Counted from the first letter of the stretch, positions 53,571 to 63,793 are shown. The stretch: DNA of 64,000 nt from Sphingobacteriia bacterium (GCA_031429515.1 JANOZT010000013.1:121-64120), one strand, 5' to 3'. Translations and numbers: made by a program. The notes: generated by a model not told the origin, from the sequence alone.

Positions 53571-53704
53571 AAGCCCTCTCTTTCAGTGAAAGAGAGGGCT
53601 TTTTGTAATACAAATGATGAGATCCAAGCCAACCATCTAAAAGATTTGCAGAGACTATACTTTTGAGGAATCTCTCTTTCAGTGAAAGAGAGGGCTTTTT
53701 TTTT
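53571..53704 (+). terminator. Duplicated terminator after fusA (29-bp direct repeat)
   Basis: CTCTCTTTCAGTGAAAGAGAGGGCTTTTT at 53576-53604 and 53672-53700; first copy has 14-bp stem. Confidence 0.85.
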
Positions 53705-53861
53705 ACAATTAGCCTGTTTTTATATTTAAATTATCTATCATATAAATTGAATTTTAGGACTTTTTTGATGCTTGAAGTCTATTTCGGTGATTTATTTTAC
53801 CATTTTCTAAAAAAAGACCGAAAAAAAACAATAAAAACTTGTCTATTCCATTGCAGCTACT

Positions 53862-53869
53862 TACCTTTG
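53862..53869 (+). promoter_or_regulatory. -7 element (TACCTTTG) for S10 operon
   Basis: TAnnTTTG match 30 nt upstream of rpsJ ATG. Confidence 0.75.
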
Positions 53870-53899
53870 CAACCCCAACGTAAAAATTGGTTTTTGACT

Positions 53900-54205
53900 A
53901 TGTCTCAACGAATCAGAATCAAATTACAATCATACGATCACAATCTAGTAGATAAATCTGCAGAAAAGATCGTAAAGACAGTACGCAGTACAGGTGCAGT
54001 AGTTACAGGACCTATTCCTTTGCCTACGCATAAAAGAATTTTTACTGTTTTGCGTTCACCACACGTGAACAAGAAGAGCCGTGAGCAATTTCAATTAGCT
54101 ACGCATAAGCGTCTATTGGATATCTACACTTCTTCTTCTAGAACAGTAGATGCGTTGAGTAAGTTAGATCTTCCTTCAGGAGTGGAGGTTGAAATCAAAG
54201 CTTAA
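53900..54205 (+). CDS. rpsJ: 30S ribosomal protein S10
   Basis: [29 protein letters not shown]; true start ATG 53900. Confidence 0.99.
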   Translation: MSQRIRIKLQSYDHNLVDKSAEKIVKTVRSTGAVVTGPIPLPTHKRIFTVLRSPHVNKKSREQFQLATHKRLLDIYTSSSRTVDALSKLDLPSGVEVEIKA

Positions 54206-54206
54206 C

Positions 54207-54342
54207 ACCCCCAACCCCCTAAAGGGGGAATAAAGGTTAGTTCTTATAAATTATTTTCATCTGCCAACTTCCTCCGGGAAATAAAGCAGCTCTGAGCAAA
54301 AGAAAATTCACTTCCAATGCCCCCTCTAGGGGGATAGGGGGT
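54207..54342. repeat. REP-like inverted pair A
   Basis: ACCCCCAACCCCCTAAAGGGGGA (54207-54229) and TCCAATGCCCCCTCTAGGGGGATAGGGGGT (54313-54342). Confidence 0.75.
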
Positions 54343-54369
54343 GGGACATATAAACAGGCCCTTCGAGGT

Positions 54370-54498
54370 TTGTTTACTACTGGTACTTCCTCTTCCCAAC
54401 TTGTTGGGAAAACAACGGAAAAGGTCGGTAGCAAACAAGGATTGAATTCCGATTTCATCATCGGAATGTCCTCACAACCATGCGGGGCATAAACCGCA
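54370..54498 (+). ncRNA. Candidate structured cis-regulatory RNA upstream of rplC
   Basis: Nested and serial stems 54370-80/54428-38, 54393-400/54403-10, 54446-53/54460-67, 54481-85/54494-98. Confidence 0.4.
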
Positions 54499-54502
54499 AA
54501 CG

Positions 54503-55120
54503 ATGAAAGGAATTATTGGAAAAAAAATCGGCATGACCAGCATCTTCGCTGCTGATGGCAAGCAAACAGCTTGTACCATTATCGAAGCTGCTCCAAATAC
54601 CGTTACACAAGTTAAAACACAGGAGACCGATGGTTATTCTGCTGTTCAATTAGGTCTCGGCGACAAGAAAGAAAAACATTCTACAAAGTCCGAGTTAAAT
54701 CACTACGCAAAAGCACAAACTGCTGCTAAGAAATTTGTAAAAGAATTTCGTAACTACTCAATAGAAAAGAATTTAGGAGACACTGTAACATTAGACATCT
54801 TCGAAGAAGGTGATAGTGTTGAAATTGTTGGAACTACCAAAGGAAAAGGTTTCCAGGGTGTTGTAAAACGCCATGGTTTCTCTGGAGTTGGTGAAGCGTC
54901 TCATGGTCAGCATGACCGACAGCGTGCACCAGGTTCTATTGGTGGATCTTCTTATCCTGCAAGAGTATTCAAAGGAATGAGAATGGCTGGCCGTATGGGC
55001 GGTGACCGTGTAAAAATGAAAGGTTTGAAAGTGGTAAAAATATTTCCTGAAAAGAACTATATACTTATTAGTGGCTCTGTGCCGGGTAATAACGGTTCTA
55101 TCGTTTTAATCCAGAAATAA
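54503..55120 (+). CDS. rplC: 50S ribosomal protein L3
   Basis: [34 protein letters not shown]. Confidence 0.99.
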   Translation: MKGIIGKKIGMTSIFAADGKQTACTIIEAAPNTVTQVKTQETDGYSAVQLGLGDKKEKHSTKSELNHYAKAQTAAKKFVKEFRNYSIEKNLGDTVTLDIFEEGDSVEIVGTTKGKGFQGVVKRHGFSGVGEASHGQHDRQRAPGSIGGSSYPARVFKGMRMAGRMGGDRVKMKGLKVVKIFPEKNYILISGSVPGNNGSIVLIQK

Positions 55121-55136
55121 TCACCAGTTTAAAAGA

Positions 55137-55781
55137 ATGATCATGCAAGTAGATGTATTAGATATAAAAGGACAGAAAACCGGCAGAACAGTTGAGTTAC
55201 CTCAGGACATTTTTGGTATCGAGCCAAATGATCACGTAATTTACTTAGCTGTTAAACAATATTTAGCTGCTCGTAGAACAGGAACACATAAAGTAAAAAC
55301 GCGTGCTGAAGTACAAGGTGCTAGCCGCAAATTACACAAGCAAAAAGGTACAGGTGGAGCTCGTAAGGGTAATATCCGTAACCCTTTATATAAAGGTGGT
55401 GGTACTATTTTTGGACCAAAACCACACTCTTACGATTTCAAATTGAATCGTAAAGTAAAGGATCTTGCTAAAATTTCTGCTTTGAGTCATAAAGCAAAAG
55501 ACAATGCAATCATTGTTGTTGAAGAAATTACAATGGCAACTCCCAAAACCAAACAATTGGTTGAAGTGATGGGTAACTTAAAAGTGTCTGATAAAAAAGC
55601 CTTGATCGTTTTACCTGAGTACAATGACAATCTTTACCTCAGCACTCGTAATGTGCCAAATGTTGCTAGTACTTTATTAGCCGACATCAATACTTACGAC
55701 ATTATGAATGCAGATGTATTAGTTATCACAGAAAATACTGCAAAAATCTTCGCAGAAGATCAAGCAGAAGTAGTAGCATAA
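55137..55781 (+). CDS. rplD: 50S ribosomal protein L4
   Basis: RTGTHKVKTRAEV, KQKGTGGARKG, GGGTIFGPKP. Confidence 0.99.
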   Translation: MIMQVDVLDIKGQKTGRTVELPQDIFGIEPNDHVIYLAVKQYLAARRTGTHKVKTRAEVQGASRKLHKQKGTGGARKGNIRNPLYKGGGTIFGPKPHSYDFKLNRKVKDLAKISALSHKAKDNAIIVVEEITMATPKTKQLVEVMGNLKVSDKKALIVLPEYNDNLYLSTRNVPNVASTLLADINTYDIMNADVLVITENTAKIFAEDQAEVVA

Positions 55782-55807
55782 TTTAAGTAACGTTTCAATA
55801 ATCAACA

Positions 55808-56107
55808 ATGAGACAGTCAGAAATTTTAATAAAGCCGATCTTAACAGAGAAAGCAAACGCTCAACAAGAATCGTTGAGAAGATATGCTTTTAAAGTTGAC
55901 CGTAGAGCAAATAAATTAGAGATCAAAAAAGCAATTGAAGATTTCTATGGTGTAAATGTAATTGATGTTAATACCGCAGTTGCTCCAGGAAAAAACAAAG
56001 CTCGTTATACAAAAGCTGGTTTTATTCAAGGAATGAAATCTGCTTACAAGAAAGCATTTGTAACAGTTGCTGTAGGAGAAACAATTGATCTTTACGCAAA
56101 TATTTAA
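55808..56107 (+). CDS. rplW: 50S ribosomal protein L23
   Basis: PILTEKA, YAFKVDRRANKLEIKKAIE, KKAFVT. Confidence 0.98.
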   Translation: MRQSEILIKPILTEKANAQQESLRRYAFKVDRRANKLEIKKAIEDFYGVNVIDVNTAVAPGKNKARYTKAGFIQGMKSAYKKAFVTVAVGETIDLYANI

Positions 56108-56230
56108 CCCCCGCCCCTAAAGGGGAGTAACGGGAAGTTATTGAATAAGATAATAAAGAATGGTAGTATCAGCTACCGCAAAAGTTGATTAAAAAACAAT
56201 TCCAAATCCCCCTCTAGGGGGTGAGGGGGT
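56107..56230. repeat. REP-like inverted pair B
   Basis: ACCCCCGCCCCTAAAGGGGA (56107-56126) and TCCAAATCCCCCTCTAGGGGGTGAGGGGGT (56201-56230). Confidence 0.75.
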
Positions 56231-56242
56231 AAAATTTAAAAA

Positions 56243-57082
56243 ATGGCACTAAAAAAGTACAAACCAATTACAGCAGGAACACGTTGGAGAATTGGTAATG
56301 CTTATGCTGAAATCACTACTAATAAACCGGAGAAGAGTTTATTAGAACCTCAAAAGAACACTGCAGGACGTAACTTCCAAGGTCGTCGTGTAATGCGCTA
56401 TATGGGTGGTGGAAATAAGCAACACTATCGTATTATCGATTTCAAACGTAATAAAAGAGATATGGCTGCAACAGTTGTATCTATTGAATACGATCCTAAC
56501 CGTACATCTTTTATTGCTTTGGTGCAATACACTGATGGCGAAAAAAGATACATCATTGCTCCAAACGGTCTTCAAGTAGGTGCAAATGTTATCGCTGGAG
56601 ATGAAGTTGCTCCTGAAATTGGAAACGCTTTGGTGATGAAGAATATGCCTTTGGGTACTATGATTCACAACATTGAATTACAACCAGGACAAGGTGGTAA
56701 AATGGTTAGAAGTGCAGGTACTTCTGCTCAATTAGCCAACAAGGAAGAAAAATACGCAGTATTAAAAATGCCTTCTGGAGAGTTGAGAAAAGTATTGATC
56801 AATTGTTATGCAACAGTTGGTGTTGTATCTAACAGTGATCATAACTTGGAAACTGCTGGTAAAGCTGGAAAGAATCGTTGGAAAGGTATTCGCCCTCGTG
56901 TTCGTGGTGTTGCCATGAACCCTGTAGATCATCCGATGGGTGGTGGTGAAGGTAAAGCTTCTGGTGGTCATCCTCGTAGCAGAACTGGTAAGTATGCTAA
57001 AGGAGAGAAGACAAGAACCAAAGGAAAAGGAAGCGATAAATTGATCATCCAACGCAGAGACGGAAAAAAATTGGCTAAGTAA
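56243..57082 (+). CDS. rplB: 50S ribosomal protein L2
   Basis: [23 protein letters not shown]. Confidence 0.99.
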   Translation: MALKKYKPITAGTRWRIGNAYAEITTNKPEKSLLEPQKNTAGRNFQGRRVMRYMGGGNKQHYRIIDFKRNKRDMAATVVSIEYDPNRTSFIALVQYTDGEKRYIIAPNGLQVGANVIAGDEVAPEIGNALVMKNMPLGTMIHNIELQPGQGGKMVRSAGTSAQLANKEEKYAVLKMPSGELRKVLINCYATVGVVSNSDHNLETAGKAGKNRWKGIRPRVRGVAMNPVDHPMGGGEGKASGGHPRSRTGKYAKGEKTRTKGKGSDKLIIQRRDGKKLAK

Positions 57083-57128
57083 TTAGCAGGTAACTAAATA
57101 AATAATAGACCAGTAAACAAAAATAATT

Positions 57129-57398
57129 ATGGGTCGTTCGATTAAAAAAGGTCCTTACGTAGACGCAAACTTAGAAGGTAAGATTGTTGCAATAAACGAT
57201 GGCAAGGTTAAGAAGAATGTTATCAAAACCTGGAGTCGCCGCAGCACTATTACTCCTGATTTTGTTGGACATACTTTTGCAGTGCACAACGGTAACAAGT
57301 TTATCCCTGTTTATGTAACAGAATTCATGGTAGGTCATAAATTAGGTGAATTTTCTCCTACCAGAAATTTCAGAGGACACGCAGGAACTAAAAAATAA
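57129..57398 (+). CDS. rpsS: 30S ribosomal protein S19
   Basis: [25 protein letters not shown]. Confidence 0.99.
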   Translation: MGRSIKKGPYVDANLEGKIVAINDGKVKKNVIKTWSRRSTITPDFVGHTFAVHNGNKFIPVYVTEFMVGHKLGEFSPTRNFRGHAGTKK

Positions 57399-57481
57399 AA
57401 TAGTTTAGGAATGAGAGTGAGATAAGCGAGGAGTAATTCTTTCTGATCAAATCGAATTCCAAACTTCAAACAAAAAAAGAA

Positions 57482-57829
57482 ATGGAAGCAGTAGCTAAAC
57501 TGAACAATTATCCGACAGGGCCGCGTAAGATGCGCCTGTTAGCCGATGTGATCCGTGGAATGGAAGTAGAAAAAGCCTTGGCTATTCTAGAACACCATCC
57601 ACAGCACAATGCCACTCCATTGGCAAAGCTGTTGAAAAGTGCTATCAGTAACTGGGAGCAGAAGAACAATGGGGCTAGTGCTGCTGATAGTAGCTTAGTG
57701 GTAAAAACCGTATTTGTAGATGGCGGTAGAGTGTTAAAGCGCATGCGCCCAGCACCTCAAGGCCGTGGTTACAGAGTACGTAAGCGCAGCAACCATGTAA
57801 CATTAATCGTAGATTCTAAAACTAATTAG
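57482..57829 (+). CDS. rplV: 50S ribosomal protein L22
   Basis: PRKMRLLADVIRG, VDGG..LKR.RP.PQGRG. Confidence 0.98.
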   Translation: MEAVAKLNNYPTGPRKMRLLADVIRGMEVEKALAILEHHPQHNATPLAKLLKSAISNWEQKNNGASAADSSLVVKTVFVDGGRVLKRMRPAPQGRGYRVRKRSNHVTLIVDSKTN

Positions 57830-57841
57830 TAAAACCATTAT

Positions 57842-58624
57842 ATGGGTCAGAAAGCAAATCCAATTGGTAACAGGTTAGGCATCATCCGCGGATGGGACAG
57901 TAACTGGTATGGTAGTAAAAAAGACTATGCATCCAAACTGATCGAAGATCATAAGATCCGTACCTACTTGAGTGCCCGTATCAACAAAGGTGGTATCGCA
58001 AAGATTGTAATCGAGCGTACACTAGGTAAATTGATTGTAACTATTCATACTTCTAAGCCAGGTATCATCATCGGAAAAGGTGGTAACGAGGTTGATCGTA
58101 TCAAAGAAGAGTTGAAAAAGTTAACCGGTAAAGAAGATGTTCAGATTAATATTCTGGAGATCCGCAGACCTGAATTGGATGCAACAATTGTAGGAGATAC
58201 AATTGCTCGTCAAATTGAGAACCGTATCAATTTCAAACGTGCTACTAAAATGGCGATCGCTTCTACACTTCGTATGGGTGCAGAAGGTATCAAAGTAAAA
58301 TTAAGTGGTCGTTTAGGTGGATCTGAAATTGCTCGTAGTGAAGAATTTAAACAAGGTCGTACTCCATTACATACATTCCGTATGGATATAGATTATGCCA
58401 ATGTTTTTGCTCAAACTGTATACGGCAAGATCGGTATCAAAGTATGGATCTGTAAAGGTGAAGTACTAGGTAAGCGAGAATTGAATCCAAATTTTGTTGG
58501 TGGAAAGAACGACATGAGCGATAGAAGAGACAGCAGACCAGGAGGAGATGATAGAAGACCGGGTGGAGATAGAAGAGATGACAGAAGAGGCGGTGGCGGA
58601 AGAGGCGGAGAACGCAGAAATTAA
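57842..58624 (+). CDS. rpsC: 30S ribosomal protein S3
   Basis: [29 protein letters not shown]; Arg/Gly/Asp-rich tail. Confidence 0.99.
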   Translation: MGQKANPIGNRLGIIRGWDSNWYGSKKDYASKLIEDHKIRTYLSARINKGGIAKIVIERTLGKLIVTIHTSKPGIIIGKGGNEVDRIKEELKKLTGKEDVQINILEIRRPELDATIVGDTIARQIENRINFKRATKMAIASTLRMGAEGIKVKLSGRLGGSEIARSEEFKQGRTPLHTFRMDIDYANVFAQTVYGKIGIKVWICKGEVLGKRELNPNFVGGKNDMSDRRDSRPGGDDRRPGGDRRDDRRGGGGRGGERRN

Positions 58625-58681
58625 TAATAATCAGTTTCAATTAATCGGAACATAGTAATCCGGTGACAAAAAAACTACAAA

Positions 58682-59101
58682 ATGTTACAGCCGAAAAGAA
58701 GTAAACATAGGAAGCAACAAAAAGGACGCATTCGCGAAGTTGCAAAGCGCGGTACAGCAATATCATTCGGATCTTTTGCCTTAAAAGCTTTAGAACCAAT
58801 TTGGTTAACTAACCGTCAGATCGAGTCTGCTCGTCAGGCAATGACTCGTGCAATGAAACGTGAAGGAAATGTATGGATCAGAATTTTCCCTGATAAAATC
58901 ATTACTCGTAAACCTGCAGAAGTGAGGATGGGTAAAGGTAAGGGTAACCCTGAGTTTTGGGCAGCAGTAGTTGAACCAGGACGCATCATTTTCGAATGTG
59001 ACGGTGTTACAGAAGCTGTAGCAAAAGAAGCGATGGGATTAGCAGCACAAAAACTGCCTATCGCAACAAAATTTGTAATCAGAAGAGATTTGCAAGCATA
59101 A
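58682..59101 (+). CDS. rplP: 50S ribosomal protein L16
   Basis: [23 protein letters not shown]. Confidence 0.99.
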   Translation: MLQPKRSKHRKQQKGRIREVAKRGTAISFGSFALKALEPIWLTNRQIESARQAMTRAMKREGNVWIRIFPDKIITRKPAEVRMGKGKGNPEFWAAVVEPGRIIFECDGVTEAVAKEAMGLAAQKLPIATKFVIRRDLQA

Positions 59102-59119
59102 CCAAAAAAAGAAATTGCA

Positions 59120-59335
59120 ATGGCTAATAAAAAAACATACGAATTCAACAAAAACCTAAAAGGTCTTACAGTAGTAGATCTAAAGGCTAAGATCCAAGAA
59201 GATCAGTTGAGATTAAAAAAATTGGAGTTTGCTCACGCAATTTCTCCATTGGAAAATCCAATGAATATTCGCGGTCTTCGTAGAGATATCGCCCGTTTGA
59301 AAACGGAATTGACCAAAAAAGAAATGGGTGTTTAA
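59120..59335 (+). CDS. rpmC: 50S ribosomal protein L29
   Basis: [19 protein letters not shown]; position between rplP and rpsQ. Confidence 0.95.
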   Translation: MANKKTYEFNKNLKGLTVVDLKAKIQEDQLRLKKLEFAHAISPLENPMNIRGLRRDIARLKTELTKKEMGV

Positions 59336-59352
59336 ACCATAAATTAAAAACA

Positions 59353-59610
59353 ATGGAAGAAAGAAATTTGCGTAAAACAAGAACAGGGATCGTTACCAGC
59401 GATAAGATGGATAAAACCATTACTGTTGCGGTTGAAAGAAAAGTAAAACACCCTATCTATGGTAAGTTCGTAAAGAAGACTACCAAGTTCCATGCTCATG
59501 ATGAAAAAGGAGAGTGTACGATTGGTGATATAGTAAAGATCATGGAAACTCGTCCGCTTAGCAAAACAAAGCGTTGGAGATTGGTTGAAGTAGTTGAAAA
59601 AGCGAAATAA
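59353..59610 (+). CDS. rpsQ: 30S ribosomal protein S17
   Basis: [27 protein letters not shown]. Confidence 0.99.
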   Translation: MEERNLRKTRTGIVTSDKMDKTITVAVERKVKHPIYGKFVKKTTKFHAHDEKGECTIGDIVKIMETRPLSKTKRWRLVEVVEKAK

Positions 59611-59614
59611 ATAT

Positions 59615-59667
59615 ATTTCTGATTTGAGGTTTGAGATTTACTGAATAAGAGAAATCAAATCTGAAAT
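59615..59667. repeat. Low-complexity inverted repeat in rpsQ-rplN spacer
   Basis: ATTTCTGATTTGA (59615-59627) vs TCAAATCTGAAAT (59655-59667), 1 mismatch. Confidence 0.55.
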
Positions 59668-59691
59668 TTAAAAATTTTCAAATTAAATAAA

Positions 59692-60060
59692 ATGATTCAG
59701 CAAGAGAGCAGATTAAACGTAGCCGACAACAGCGGAGCTAAAGAAGTACTTTGTATTAAAGTACTTGGTAACAGCGGACAGGACTATGCTAAAATTGGCG
59801 ATAAGATTGTTGTAACGGTGAAAGATGCTATCCCTGCAGGAGGCGTTAAAAAAGGAACAGTTTCTAAAGCAGTTATTGTTCGTACTAAAAACAAGCTTCG
59901 CAGAAAAGATGGTTCTTACATTCGTTTCGATGACAACGCTGTAGTGTTATTAAACACTTCAGATGAGCCTCGCGGCACACGTATATTCGGACCGGTAGCA
60001 AGAGAATTGCGTGATAAAGGATACATGAAGATTATTTCTCTTGCTCCTGAAGTATTATAA
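59692..60060 (+). CDS. rplN: 50S ribosomal protein L14
   Basis: [27 protein letters not shown]. Confidence 0.99.
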   Translation: MIQQESRLNVADNSGAKEVLCIKVLGNSGQDYAKIGDKIVVTVKDAIPAGGVKKGTVSKAVIVRTKNKLRRKDGSYIRFDDNAVVLLNTSDEPRGTRIFGPVARELRDKGYMKIISLAPEVL

Positions 60061-60082
60061 AAAAAGCTAAAAGCTAAATAAA

Positions 60083-60421
60083 ATGAGTACAAGATTTAAA
60101 GCCAAATTCAGCATCAAAAAAGGTGATACCGTAGTGGTAATTACTGGAGATGATAAGGATTTGAAAAAGCCAAGGAAAGTGTTGGAAGTAATTCTAGATA
60201 AAGGACGTGTAGTGGTTGAGGGAGTGAACATTGTTACTAAGCACACAAAACCTTCCGCTCAAAATACCAAAGGTGGTATCGTTAAAGTTGAAGCACCAAT
60301 TAACATTAGTAACATCATGTTATGGGATGCTAAAACAAGTGAACCAACTAAAGTAAAGCGCACACGTGAAACTGGTAAATTAATACGTATATCTAAAAAA
60401 TCTGGGGAGGTAATCAAATAA
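60083..60421 (+). CDS. rplX: 50S ribosomal protein L24
   Basis: [28 protein letters not shown]. Confidence 0.98.
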   Translation: MSTRFKAKFSIKKGDTVVVITGDDKDLKKPRKVLEVILDKGRVVVEGVNIVTKHTKPSAQNTKGGIVKVEAPINISNIMLWDAKTSEPTKVKRTRETGKLIRISKKSGEVIK

Positions 60422-60990
60422 TGAGTACTGAAAAATATACACCAAGATTAGCAACTAAGTACAGCAAAGAAGTTGTACCTGCTTTAATGAAGAAGTTTTC
60501 TTACAAAACTGTAATGCAAGCTCCTAAGTTATCAAAAATCTGTATTAACCGTGGTGTTAACGGAGCGGTTACAGATAAAAAATTAGTAGACATTGCTGTA
60601 GATGAGTTGAATACCATCACTGGTCAGAAAGCTGTTCCTACAATGTCTAAGAAAGATATTTCCAACTTTAAATTGCGTAAGGGAATGCCAATTGGTGCTC
60701 GCGTAACTTTAAGAGGAGAGAAAATGTATGAATTCCTTGACAGATTGGTTTCTGTTGCGTTGCCACGTGTTCGTGACTTCAAAGGAATCAGCGATAAAGC
60801 TTTTGACGGAAGAGGTAATTACACATTAGGTGTTACTGAACAAATCATTTTCCCTGAAATCGATATCGATAAAGTTAATAAGATCACTGGATTAGACATC
60901 ACATTTGTAACAAGTGCAAATACCAATGAAGAAGCATATGAATTGCTTAAAGAATTGGGAATGCCGTTCAAAGGAATCAAGAAAGATTAA
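60421..60990 (+). CDS. rplE: 50S ribosomal protein L5
   Basis: [37 protein letters not shown]. Confidence 0.99.
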   Translation: MSTEKYTPRLATKYSKEVVPALMKKFSYKTVMQAPKLSKICINRGVNGAVTDKKLVDIAVDELNTITGQKAVPTMSKKDISNFKLRKGMPIGARVTLRGEKMYEFLDRLVSVALPRVRDFKGISDKAFDGRGNYTLGVTEQIIFPEIDIDKVNKITGLDITFVTSANTNEEAYELLKELGMPFKGIKKD

Positions 60991-61009
60991 TTAAACACCC
61001 AATAAAATT

Positions 61010-61279
61010 ATGGCAAAAGAATCAGTAAAAGCCAGACAAAGAAAGCGCGAAAAAATGGTAGCTCAGTATGCTGAAAAGCGTGCAGCTCTTAAAGCAGCAG
61101 GAGATTACGCTGGTTTAGATCTACTACCTAAAAACGCTTCACCGGTTCGTTTAAAAAACCGTTGTCAGCTTACAGGAAGACCTAAAGGTTATATGCGTTA
61201 CTTCGGATTGTCTAGGATTATGTTCCGCGACATGGCTTTGAACGGTATGATTCCAGGTGTTAAAAAAGCAAGCTGGTAG
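61010..61279 (+). CDS. rpsN: 30S ribosomal protein S14 (Zn-independent type)
   Basis: [20 protein letters not shown]; single Cys. Confidence 0.98.
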   Translation: MAKESVKARQRKREKMVAQYAEKRAALKAAGDYAGLDLLPKNASPVRLKNRCQLTGRPKGYMRYFGLSRIMFRDMALNGMIPGVKKASW

Positions 61280-61326
61280 TATCCAGTTTGGTAAACAAAA
61301 TTTAGAACTCGTATAATTATAATAAT

Positions 61327-61725
61327 ATGGTAACTGATCCTATAGCAGACTTCTTAACTAGAATTCGTAATGCTCAGTTGGCTGGTCATAGACTGGTTGA
61401 AATTCCTGCTTCTAATTTGAAGAAGCGTTTAACAGAGATTTTGTATGATCAAGGATATATCTTGAAATACAAATTCGAAGACGATAACAAGCAAGGTTTG
61501 ATTAAGATCGCGTTGAAATACGATCCTAATACAAAAGTGCCTGCAATCCGTTCTTTGGAAAGAGTTAGCCGTCCTGGTTTACGCCAGTATGCTAAGCCTG
61601 CAGAAATTAAGCGTGTAATCAATGGATTAGGTGTAGCTATTTTGAGTACTTCAAAAGGGGTGCTTACTGATAAGCAAGCAAAAGCGCAGAATGTGGGTGG
61701 AGAAGTGTTGTGTTATATTTCATAA
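61327..61725 (+). CDS. rpsH: 30S ribosomal protein S8
   Basis: DPIADFLTRIRNA, SRPGLRQY, GGEVLCY. Confidence 0.99.
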   Translation: MVTDPIADFLTRIRNAQLAGHRLVEIPASNLKKRLTEILYDQGYILKYKFEDDNKQGLIKIALKYDPNTKVPAIRSLERVSRPGLRQYAKPAEIKRVINGLGVAILSTSKGVLTDKQAKAQNVGGEVLCYIS

Positions 61726-61803
61726 ATTAATGGTTCTGACAATTAAGCCTCTTAGTCGTGGCTGAACACAGAACTGAGTTCATCATAAAATAAAAAATCG
61801 ACT

Positions 61804-62358
61804 ATGTCTCGTATAGGTAAACAACCGGTAGTTATTCCAAGTGGGGTTACCCTTTCAATCGGCAGCAACAATGTTGTTACGGTTAAAGGACCTAAAGGTG
61901 AATTAACAGAAGCAATTGATAGAGATATCAAAGTAGAAATAGCAGATGGTCAAATGACTTTCGCTCGTCCAACTGATCAAATTCGTCACCGCGCAATGCA
62001 TGGTTTATACCGTTCATTGGTGAGCAATATGGTAAAAGGGGTAACTGAAGGTTATAAAAAAGAATTGGAATTAGTAGGGGTTGGTTTTAAAGCCGCAAAT
62101 GCTGGAAACGTTTTAGATCTTTCATTAGGATATTCTCATAATATCATTTTTGAAATTCCTAGCGAATTGAAAGTAACAACTACTACTGAAAAAGGTCAGA
62201 ACCCTAAGATCTTTTTAGAAGGTATCGACAAGCAATTGATTGGCCAGGTAGCAGCTAAATTACGCAGCTTACGTAAACCTGAACCATACAAAGGAAAGGG
62301 TGTTAAATACGCTGGTGAAATCTTAAGAAGAAAAGCAGGTAAAGCAGCTGGTAAGTAA
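61804..62358 (+). CDS. rplF: 50S ribosomal protein L6
   Basis: MSRIGKQP, GPKGEL, RKPEPYKGKG. Confidence 0.99.
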   Translation: MSRIGKQPVVIPSGVTLSIGSNNVVTVKGPKGELTEAIDRDIKVEIADGQMTFARPTDQIRHRAMHGLYRSLVSNMVKGVTEGYKKELELVGVGFKAANAGNVLDLSLGYSHNIIFEIPSELKVTTTTEKGQNPKIFLEGIDKQLIGQVAAKLRSLRKPEPYKGKGVKYAGEILRRKAGKAAGK

Positions 62359-62439
62359 ACCCCCCGGCCCCCTAAAGTGGGAGTGGGTAAACATAAATAA
62401 GATTAATAAGTTCCTCATCTTTAATATAGAGTTGGGGGT
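62359..62439. repeat. REP-like pair C (right arm degenerate)
   Basis: ACCCCCCGGCCCCCTAAAGTGGGA (62359-62382); right arm ends TTGGGGGT (62439). Confidence 0.6.
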
Positions 62440-62451
62440 AAATTAAAAACA

Positions 62452-62802
62452 ATGGGTAAATTAATTCAAAGGCAGAAAATCAGATACCGCATTCGTAAGA
62501 AAGTAGCAGGTACAGCTGTAAAGCCTCGCCTAGCGGTATACAGAAGCAATGCAGATATCTATGCTCAATTAATTGATGATGATAATGGAGTTACATTGGT
62601 AGCCGCATCATCTAGAGATAAAGATATTGCTGCACAAAAAATCACTAAAATAGAGAAATCTAAATTAGTAGGTGCAGCTGTTGCAACAAAAGCACTAGCC
62701 TTAGGCTTAAGTGGTTGTGTATTCGATAGAGGTGGAAACTTATATCACGGTCGTGTGAAATCTGTTGCAGATGGTGCAAGAGAAGGTGGATTACAATTTT
62801 AA
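62452..62802 (+). CDS. rplR: 50S ribosomal protein L18
   Basis: [39 protein letters not shown]. Confidence 0.99.
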   Translation: MGKLIQRQKIRYRIRKKVAGTAVKPRLAVYRSNADIYAQLIDDDNGVTLVAASSRDKDIAAQKITKIEKSKLVGAAVATKALALGLSGCVFDRGGNLYHGRVKSVADGAREGGLQF

Positions 62803-62831
62803 TTTGCTAACAACAATTAATCGCTCAATAA

Positions 62832-63353
62832 ATGTCTAAAGTAAGCGTAAATAAAGTAAAAGCGGGTGGCGACATCGAACTTAAAGATAAAGTAGTTGCT
62901 ATTAACCGTGTGGTTAAAACCACAAAAGGTGGACGTACATTTAGCTTTTCTGCACTTGTAGTTGTAGGAAATGAAAATGGTGTAGTTGGCCAAGGTTTAG
63001 GAAAAGCAAAAGAAGTACAAGAAGCTATTGCAAAAGGTATTGAAGATGCTAAGAAAAATTTGGTTAAAGTACCTATCATGCACGGAACTATTCCTCACGA
63101 ACAGTGGGCAAAAGAAGGTGCTGCAAAAGTATTGATCAAGCCGGCTGCTCATGGAGCGGGTGTGATCGCGGGAGGCAGCATGCGTTCTGTATTAGAAAGC
63201 GCTGGTGTTACCGACGTTTTGGCAAAAAGTTTAGGTTCTGCTAATCCACACAATGTGGTTAAAGCTACTATCAAAGCTTTGAGCTTGTTGAGAGAACCAA
63301 TTCAGGTTGCAAAAGGCCGTAGCATTAAGTTGAGTAAAGTATTTAACGGGTAA
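62832..63353 (+). CDS. rpsE: 30S ribosomal protein S5
   Basis: [31 protein letters not shown]. Confidence 0.99.
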   Translation: MSKVSVNKVKAGGDIELKDKVVAINRVVKTTKGGRTFSFSALVVVGNENGVVGQGLGKAKEVQEAIAKGIEDAKKNLVKVPIMHGTIPHEQWAKEGAAKVLIKPAAHGAGVIAGGSMRSVLESAGVTDVLAKSLGSANPHNVVKATIKALSLLREPIQVAKGRSIKLSKVFNG

Positions 63354-63356
63354 TAA

Positions 63357-63429
63357 ACCCCCTAACCCCCTAAAGGAGGAATAGGATATTAATTATAAAA
63401 AAAATAGTCCGTATTTGGCGGATTTGGGT
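63357..63429. repeat. REP-like pair D (right arm degenerate)
   Basis: ACCCCCTAACCCCCTAAAGGAGGA (63357-63380); residual GGCGGATTTGGG before rpmD. Confidence 0.6.
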
Positions 63430-63430
63430 T

Positions 63431-63613
63431 ATGAAAAAGATTAAGATCACACAAATTAAAAGCGGAATCGACAGATCTGAGCGTCAAAAGCAAACATTGA
63501 TTGCTTTAGGTTTGAAGAAATTAAACGCAACCAAAGAAGTTGAAGCAACTCCTCAAATTCTAGGAATGGTTAATAAAGTTAGCCACCTAGTTAAAGTAGA
63601 AGAATTAGCTTAA
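63431..63613 (+). CDS. rpmD: 50S ribosomal protein L30
   Basis: [29 protein letters not shown]. Confidence 0.97.
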   Translation: MKKIKITQIKSGIDRSERQKQTLIALGLKKLNATKEVEATPQILGMVNKVSHLVKVEELA

Positions 63614-63745
63614 GAGAATTAAGAATTAAGAGAGAAGAATTAAGAATTGCGAATGAATAATTGGAGTAACAACAATTATTCATTCGTTTTTTAAATTCAA
63701 AATTCAAAAATCAAAACTCTTAATTCATAATTCATAATTCATAAT
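63614..63745. repeat. Heptamer tandem repeats arranged as inverted arms around a 14-bp hairpin
   Basis: (AAGAATT)n 63614-63648; CGAATGAATAATTG/CAATTATTCATTCG 63650-63686; (TAATTCA)x3 63721-63741. Confidence 0.8.
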
Positions 63746-63793
63746 TTTCATAAAGCGAGGGGTGATACCCCGTAAGTTCAAAATCAATAAAAA

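Noticed and set aside
53576-53700. Two palindromic 29-bp direct repeats as a mini-CRISPR array
   Set aside because: Only two copies, a 67-bp spacer, a terminator-like T-tract and no cas genes in the window
53663-53899. 79-aa N-terminal extension of S10 in the ORF track
   Set aside because: Runs through a terminator and the TACCTTTG promoter; canonical S10 starts at ATG 53900
53546-53899. Absence of tuf after fusA
   Set aside because: fusA followed by rpsJ with tuf elsewhere is the normal Bacteroidota arrangement
61010-61279. Zn-free S14 and the Arg/Gly-rich S3 tail as unusual
   Set aside because: Both are ordinary for Bacteroidota
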